From positions 1-27,924 of IMG/VR virus record IMGVR_UViG_3300020045_010598: a DNA stretch of 27,924 nucleotides. One strand, written 5' to 3'. The translations under genes and the position numbers were made by a program. Under the pieces are notes generated by a model. The model was not told the DNA's origin and made no database searches. It was given only the letters and a program-made list of their open reading frames with translations. Positions 23,247 to 27,924 of this stretch are shown piece after piece; the first letter of the stretch is position 1; each line of letters begins with the position of its first letter. This DNA is from a virus. Taxonomy: Duplodnaviria; Caudoviricetes.

Positions 23247-23782
23247 GCCTCCGCTGCATCTGCGAGATGGTCACGATGATCGCGCAGAACAGCGTCGAAG
23301 TGATACAATCCGACGTCGATCATCAAATCCATCCACATCTCATGAATATAAGCCGCAACCTTATCGCTGTATTTGTCTGTATCACGGGACAGAAAATCGC
23401 GGACAAATGAGATGAAATAGACAAACTGGTCGCGGGAATGACCAGAAAGTGCATCGACGAGATAACCGACACGGAAAGGCTTAGGGATTTGGAACGCTGA
23501 ATATCTGCAGCCTGTAGCACCAGGATAATTTGCAGTTTGGCCGACAGAAATCATGCCAACACCTGCCGTCAAATACAGGCAATGATCGTCCAAGATCTGA
23601 TCTCGTCCAAACATAGCGACGCCTGCACAGATATAGTCTGCATAGCACTCGTCTGTTGCAGAACCACTATTTTCCTCAGACGGATAATAAGGAAGATTCT
23701 CTACTGCAGACACGATGCCAGAATACTTAGAAAAAATATCGTTCGACGTCTCGGAGAATTGAGTCTTATAGATAGCCATCAC
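23243..23782 (-). CDS. Hypothetical moron protein 1
   Basis: 179 aa acidic, Tyr/His/Cys-rich; AAGGA SD; AT-richer than flanks. Confidence 0.7.
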   Translation of the reverse strand: MMAIYKTQFSETSNDIFSKYSGIVSAVENLPYYPSEENSGSATDECYADYICAGVAMFGRDQILDDHCLYLTAGVGMISVGQTANYPGATGCRYSAFQIPKPFRVGYLVDALSGHSRDQFVYFISFVRDFLSRDTDKYSDKVAAYIHEMWMDLMIDVGLYHFDAVLRDHRDHLADAAEA

Positions 23783-23939
23783 ACTGTCCTTTCAGGACTA
23801 AACCAACTTTTACAGGGGGTTTACCGCCAGCGCGGAGGGTGACTAAAGAGAGCTTAGTTTATCACCAGATGGCTCGTTGAAGACAGAGTATCAATCATGG
23901 GCTGCTCTCACACAACACAAGAACCACTGTCTTGATGCT

Positions 23940-23968
23940 TGTGTAACGTTCACGTAGATCTGAGTCAA
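23940..23968 (-). promoter_or_regulatory. Putative sigma70 promoter of the moron
   Basis: TTGACT-N17-TACACA with a very AT-rich upstream tract (~23975-24065). Confidence 0.45.
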
Positions 23969-24189
23969 CAGCCTGATTTTACATTGAAAATCTACAGTAA
24001 ACATTTAGTTTGTAATCATTTTTCTAGTATAGCGATTATTTATATTTATTAAAATTGAATCTAATTTGGCTCAGTCCGGTGGTGTCTACCGGCTCGGGGT
24101 TTTTGGTAAACTCGGCAAGGGTTGGCTTGCCAAGTTTCGTATTTGTTATTGCCCGGATTAGTGGTGTTGCGAAAATACCACGAAGAAAA

Positions 24190-26172
24190 CTAAGCTGGGA
24201 TTCCGACGGGCGCTGTAATGGGTTCCCCCGTCGTCGGATCGACGAGCGTCTGCCCATCGCTGACAACCGCACCTTCCTGTTTCGACAATGTGATCGGCTG
24301 ACGAGTTCCGCCCTGACGACCCCAAAGAGCCTTGGCGTCTTCAGAAAGCGGAGGCAGACCAGCAAGCTCACGCGCACGCTCTTCGTCGGCGAGCTGCGGC
24401 GTGATGAGACCTGTTCTCACTGCGATGCCGTATTGCTCGGCTTCGCTGAACAGGTTGGCTTGAGGGGATGTCGGCGTGGTGCCATCGTTATCGTTGTCGT
24501 TCGACGAAGTCATGACCGGGGTCATGTCGGCAACGGCAGCGCGGTATTCGGCAAACGCCTGTACGTCGTCACCATCTGCATCTGTCTCGGCCATCTTCAA
24601 TAGAGCATCGAGAACACGTTGCTGTTCACGCTTACGGACCATCATCTGCTCTGGCGTCGTAGGTTCCTTGTTCCAGTTGTCATAGACACCGTAACCAAGC
24701 CCTTGAATCGATGCCCGTTGGTTGTCAGCAGAATTCTGGCGGTCAATTTCTTCAATGTCGTAGCCATACTCGGCGGCTACCTGTTGGCGCGACGTGAAGC
24801 CGTTCTGGACTGCAAGCATGAAAGCGGTGACTTCCTGAATCGGGTGGATATGCCCGCGCGCTGGTGGCATCCACTCGGGGCGTAGATAGTCGGCTGGGTC
24901 GAGGTCTTCGCCCGGAGCCCAGAGTTCGAACGCCATCACCGTCGCAACCCACCGCTTGTGGACGGGGTCGAGGAACTGGCCCTTGAGCAAATGGAATTGG
25001 ATCGAGAGAATGAAGCGGTTGACTTCAATGTTCATCGCTCTGATGACGCGCTCATTGGCGATCTTGCTATAATCGAGCGTCAGCATTTCCACGCACAGGC
25101 CGATGCACACCGCGATTTCGCTCAAGTTGAAGCGGTTGAACATTTCATAGTTCGCGTCGTTCTGCGGCATCTCCGGAAATTTGACTTCGTACCCCTGGGC
25201 TACCTCGACGGCTGCACCCGGCGGAGGGTTCACGAACGTCGGATCGTCTTCACCATCGTCTCCTGCAAAGCCAGCCTCTGGCTCGGAATCGAGCGGGCGC
25301 TGATAAAATACGGTGAAGCGCGACTGGCGTTCCTTTTTCTCCAGTTCGTTGAGGTTGTAGTTCCGCAGGAATTCCAGATTCGGCAAAATTGGGGCGGCCC
25401 ACGGCACGCCGCGCTCCGACGTGATCCGGTCTGGCAGGTAGATGTGCAGCATCTCAGAAGCGGGGACGCGGACGGGGGTAAGGCTGGATACTTCGCCGTG
25501 CCAGTCGTTCGGATGAACTGGATAGATCCAGTATGCGGCAACGCGGTCGATAGCGTCGCGCTCAACGCCGTCAACGATGTAATTGCCGTTCGGTGCCCGC
25601 ATCGTGTAGCCGATAGGGAGATGGTCGATTTCCATCAGCTGAATCTGGAGTGGGACACCAGACAGCATATCCTTTTTATTACGGTTCCTGAAGCGCACCA
25701 GCACGCCGCCGTCGACGACGACAGCTTCCATTACCTGGTAAGTCAGTCCGTAAATGTCAAAACGACCGCGGGAGTCAGCTTCGGATTCCCATAGCTTCCA
25801 GAGTTTCTTCAGTCTCGGAATTTTGATGATCGGGGTAATGCCGTAGCCGACAACGTTGTTTGCAAGCTGGCGCATAGCATTCTTGTAGAACGCGAAGTTC
25901 GCCTTGGCGTAGCGTGAACGTGCGATGATGGTAGGAATCTGGCCGTTCGCGCCGTTCGGCCCCATGTTCACAGGCGCTTTCAGTTTTTCGGACTGCGTAG
26001 CGGCGACGTAGTATGTTGTGACGGACTTGAAGAACGCGTCCATCGACGACGTGATGGCAGCGCGAATGCGGCTGACTTTCGCGCTGCGGATGGGCTTATG
26101 TTGAGTTTCTGCCACTGGTGCATGAGCTGGAGCGCGGGCGGTCGGGAGTGAGATGGTCGGGCGCTTAGCCAT
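24190..26172 (-). CDS. Portal protein, lambda gpB family, with long C-terminal extension
   Basis: ARSR...N, NVVG.GI.P, GRFD.YGL, PLQIQLMEIDHL, GVE.D, RGVPW.AP, LT.DYS, IHP..EV.A. Confidence 0.93.
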   Translation of the reverse strand: MAKRPTISLPTARAPAHAPVAETQHKPIRSAKVSRIRAAITSSMDAFFKSVTTYYVAATQSEKLKAPVNMGPNGANGQIPTIIARSRYAKANFAFYKNAMRQLANNVVGYGITPIIKIPRLKKLWKLWESEADSRGRFDIYGLTYQVMEAVVVDGGVLVRFRNRNKKDMLSGVPLQIQLMEIDHLPIGYTMRAPNGNYIVDGVERDAIDRVAAYWIYPVHPNDWHGEVSSLTPVRVPASEMLHIYLPDRITSERGVPWAAPILPNLEFLRNYNLNELEKKERQSRFTVFYQRPLDSEPEAGFAGDDGEDDPTFVNPPPGAAVEVAQGYEVKFPEMPQNDANYEMFNRFNLSEIAVCIGLCVEMLTLDYSKIANERVIRAMNIEVNRFILSIQFHLLKGQFLDPVHKRWVATVMAFELWAPGEDLDPADYLRPEWMPPARGHIHPIQEVTAFMLAVQNGFTSRQQVAAEYGYDIEEIDRQNSADNQRASIQGLGYGVYDNWNKEPTTPEQMMVRKREQQRVLDALLKMAETDADGDDVQAFAEYRAAVADMTPVMTSSNDNDNDGTTPTSPQANLFSEAEQYGIAVRTGLITPQLADEERARELAGLPPLSEDAKALWGRQGGTRQPITLSKQEGAVVSDGQTLVDPTTGEPITAPVGIPA

Positions 26173-26429
26173 TAGAATTCCCTCCGGCCCGTCATGGGCA
26201 CAATGCGCGGTGCATTGCTGAATTCCTTGAGGCGATTGGTCTGCCCTGTCTTGCGGTAGTAAGCGCGGTATAGATCGCGCAGTCCGGCCTCAGCGTCTAT
26301 GCGGGTCTTGTACTGCAGGTTTCCCTGTGTAGAGTTTCCGATCGCTTGCTCGGGGTTACCGACGAACTGTTCGGTCGCCTTGATCATTTCGATCAACTCT
26401 TCCGGGGTTGAAAACTCATACCGTGCCAT
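26172..26429 (-). CDS. Head completion protein (gpW-like)
   Basis: 85 aa between terminase and portal, helix-hairpin-helix pattern; TAATG coupling. Confidence 0.7.
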   Translation of the reverse strand: MARYEFSTPEELIEMIKATEQFVGNPEQAIGNSTQGNLQYKTRIDAEAGLRDLYRAYYRKTGQTNRLKEFSNAPRIVPMTGRREF

Positions 26430-26438
26430 TCCAATTCC

Positions 26439-27923
26439 TCACCAAATAATGCCGCCAGTGCGCCGTTTCTTTTTGGTTTTCGCGGGCTGTCCGACAGTTA
26501 GTTGAGGTGCCGTTACCTCGACTGCTACAGGCGCTACGACCTTCTTCTTGTCGCCTTTGGCGCGGCTCTCTCGGAACTGCGCGTGGGCTAGAACGATGTC
26601 TGGGATTAGTCCTGGAGTCGTTGACTGAAGCGCGGGAATAGAAAGGTCTGGTCCCGAGTAGCCAACTTCACCCGTCTCCGGATCGACATATTCGTCACTC
26701 ACTCCGAGGCTACGGGCTGCAAGATTCAAATCACGCCATTTCGGTCGATTGATGCGAAGACCTTCGAAAGCTACCCGCGCATAGGCAAGACACACCCATT
26801 CTTCATGAGCGCGATGTCCCTTCTTCGGGTGCCACCAATATCCGCCGTTAGGTTGTAGGGTTCTTTCTTCACATAGTAGACGAGTGAAGTAGTTGTCTGC
26901 CATGGCAGCTGGGAACATAGGACCACTGCCACCGTCAGTCATGAGCAGTTTGTCGGCAACTCGGTCTTTGGCAGCTTGTGAGTCAACGGTATACCAAGTG
27001 AGCCTACGCTTGCCCTTGATCTTCGTTCCTACTGAAGTTGGCCAGATGGCAGGGAGACGCTTTCCTGCAACAGGAGAAGCACCTCTAATTGCCCAAACAA
27101 ACATGTTCTTGGGATATTTTGATGCAAAAATTCTCGTCTCGTCACCGTGCGACCCACCCATATCCATGGCGGTCGCTTGAACATACATCGCTGTTCCATC
27201 ACGCTTGAGGTACGGTCTGCGAATAAAAAAGTCATAGGCAGCGTCGGCCTCAGGCTCTCCAACGGTGCCTGGTATAATCCAGTGACCGATCAATCTCTCT
27301 TCCTGAAAACGATTGTAACCGACTACGGCAATTTCACGAGACGCCTGTTGTTCTATCAATGTCCCTTCTTTATTCGTCTGGTCGTCACCTCCAATTACCA
27401 AGACCACCACGTCGTCTGGAACTTCAGCCGGATACGGACGCCGAAGAGATTTTATGCCCTCGTCGCTGAATGACTGGCTCGTGAACTCGTCCCACGGCTC
27501 GGCCATCTGGAACATATAGAATTCTTTGAGCAGTTCAGTGTCGCCTTGCGCGTTGAGCCAAGTCTGTGCAATCTTCTTCCATGCCGCCCCTGGCGACATC
27601 GATAGCCACTGTGGAATGTGTATGCCTCTGTTCCCAGGCATCGTTGCAATGTCGGTCGCACGATAGATGCCAGCATCTATCATCTTCTCCTTTTGGGGTT
27701 CGTCGATACGACAGCCGTTCCATTTGCAACGGTAGTATGCCGCCTTGACGCGGCCGAGATCATCCAGGTCCCAGCGGAACCCATAGTCCTCGTCACCTGT
27801 GGTCCATTCAAGTATCTGCTCTTCGCTCTTACAGTGCGGACAATGGACGTGAAGCTTTCGCTTATCCGACGTGTTCCATTCCCTGACGATGATTGAGAGG
27901 TGACGGAGGCCTGGTGTACTACC
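26439..27923 (-). CDS. terL: Terminase large subunit, lambda gpA family (N-terminus outside window)
   Basis: Frame stays open from 27683 to the edge: GSTP, SDKR...CPHC, then EPW, GGDDQ, DMGG, AIRG, AAKD, L..E nuclease-domain motifs. Confidence 0.92.
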   Translation of the reverse strand, partial: GSTPGLRHLSIIVREWNTSDKRKLHVHCPHCKSEEQILEWTTGDEDYGFRWDLDDLGRVKAAYYRCKWNGCRIDEPQKEKMIDAGIYRATDIATMPGNRGIHIPQWLSMSPGAAWKKIAQTWLNAQGDTELLKEFYMFQMAEPWDEFTSQSFSDEGIKSLRRPYPAEVPDDVVVLVIGGDDQTNKEGTLIEQQASREIAVVGYNRFQEERLIGHWIIPGTVGEPEADAAYDFFIRRPYLKRDGTAMYVQATAMDMGGSHGDETRIFASKYPKNMFVWAIRGASPVAGKRLPAIWPTSVGTKIKGKRRLTWYTVDSQAAKDRVADKLLMTDGGSGPMFPAAMADNYFTRLLCEERTLQPNGGYWWHPKKGHRAHEEWVCLAYARVAFEGLRINRPKWRDLNLAARSLGVSDEYVDPETGEVGYSGPDLSIPALQSTTPGLIPDIVLAHAQFRESRAKGDKKKVVAPVAVEVTAPQLTVGQPAKTKKKRRTGGIIW

Positions 27924-27924
27924 G

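Noticed and set aside
23786-23798. Hammerhead ribozyme stem II (GTCC...GGAC)
   Set aside because: Conserved CTGANGA and GAAA core sequences do not flank the stem.
27683-27695. Split terminase starting at ATG 27683 with AAGGAG
   Set aside because: The frame is open upstream to the window edge with ATPase-side motifs (STP, CPHC), and the SD-ATG spacing of 3 nt is too short.

Overview
The window is part of a tailed-phage (siphovirus-type) genome or prophage, probably of an alphaproteobacterial host (inferred from GC-rich coding and promoter style, not proven). From ~27.9 kb down to ~11 kb on the minus strand lies a lambda-like morphogenesis operon: gpA-type large terminase (truncated at the window edge), gpW-like protein, lambda-family portal, a two-gene AT-richer moron, prohead protease/scaffold, gpD-like decoration protein, gpE-like major capsid, an inserted fibre/chaperone/PLA2-like cassette, head-tail connector, tail terminator, tail tube, chaperone, tape measure, Dit-like and tail-tip proteins. 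Next come a T5 A1-like metallophosphoesterase, an SF2 helicase plus amino-MTase pair, and a lysis cassette (GH19 endolysin, holin, Rz/Rz1-like spanins). The left 4.2 kb is the most unusual part. It holds a 107-nt tRNA-like gene with a 31-nt structured insertion in the anticodon arm, a second truncated tRNA-like fold, and two paralogous small membrane-protein genes with duplicated promoter/leaders. It also holds a HEPN-like ORF whose 5' region recurs as a ~150-bp inverted repeat, an Rnl2-like RNA ligase, and a predicted ~100-nt anti-Shine-Dalgarno sRNA complementary to those leaders. No integrase, CRISPR array or transposase was seen. Family assignments come from motif recognition by eye; no database searches were run.
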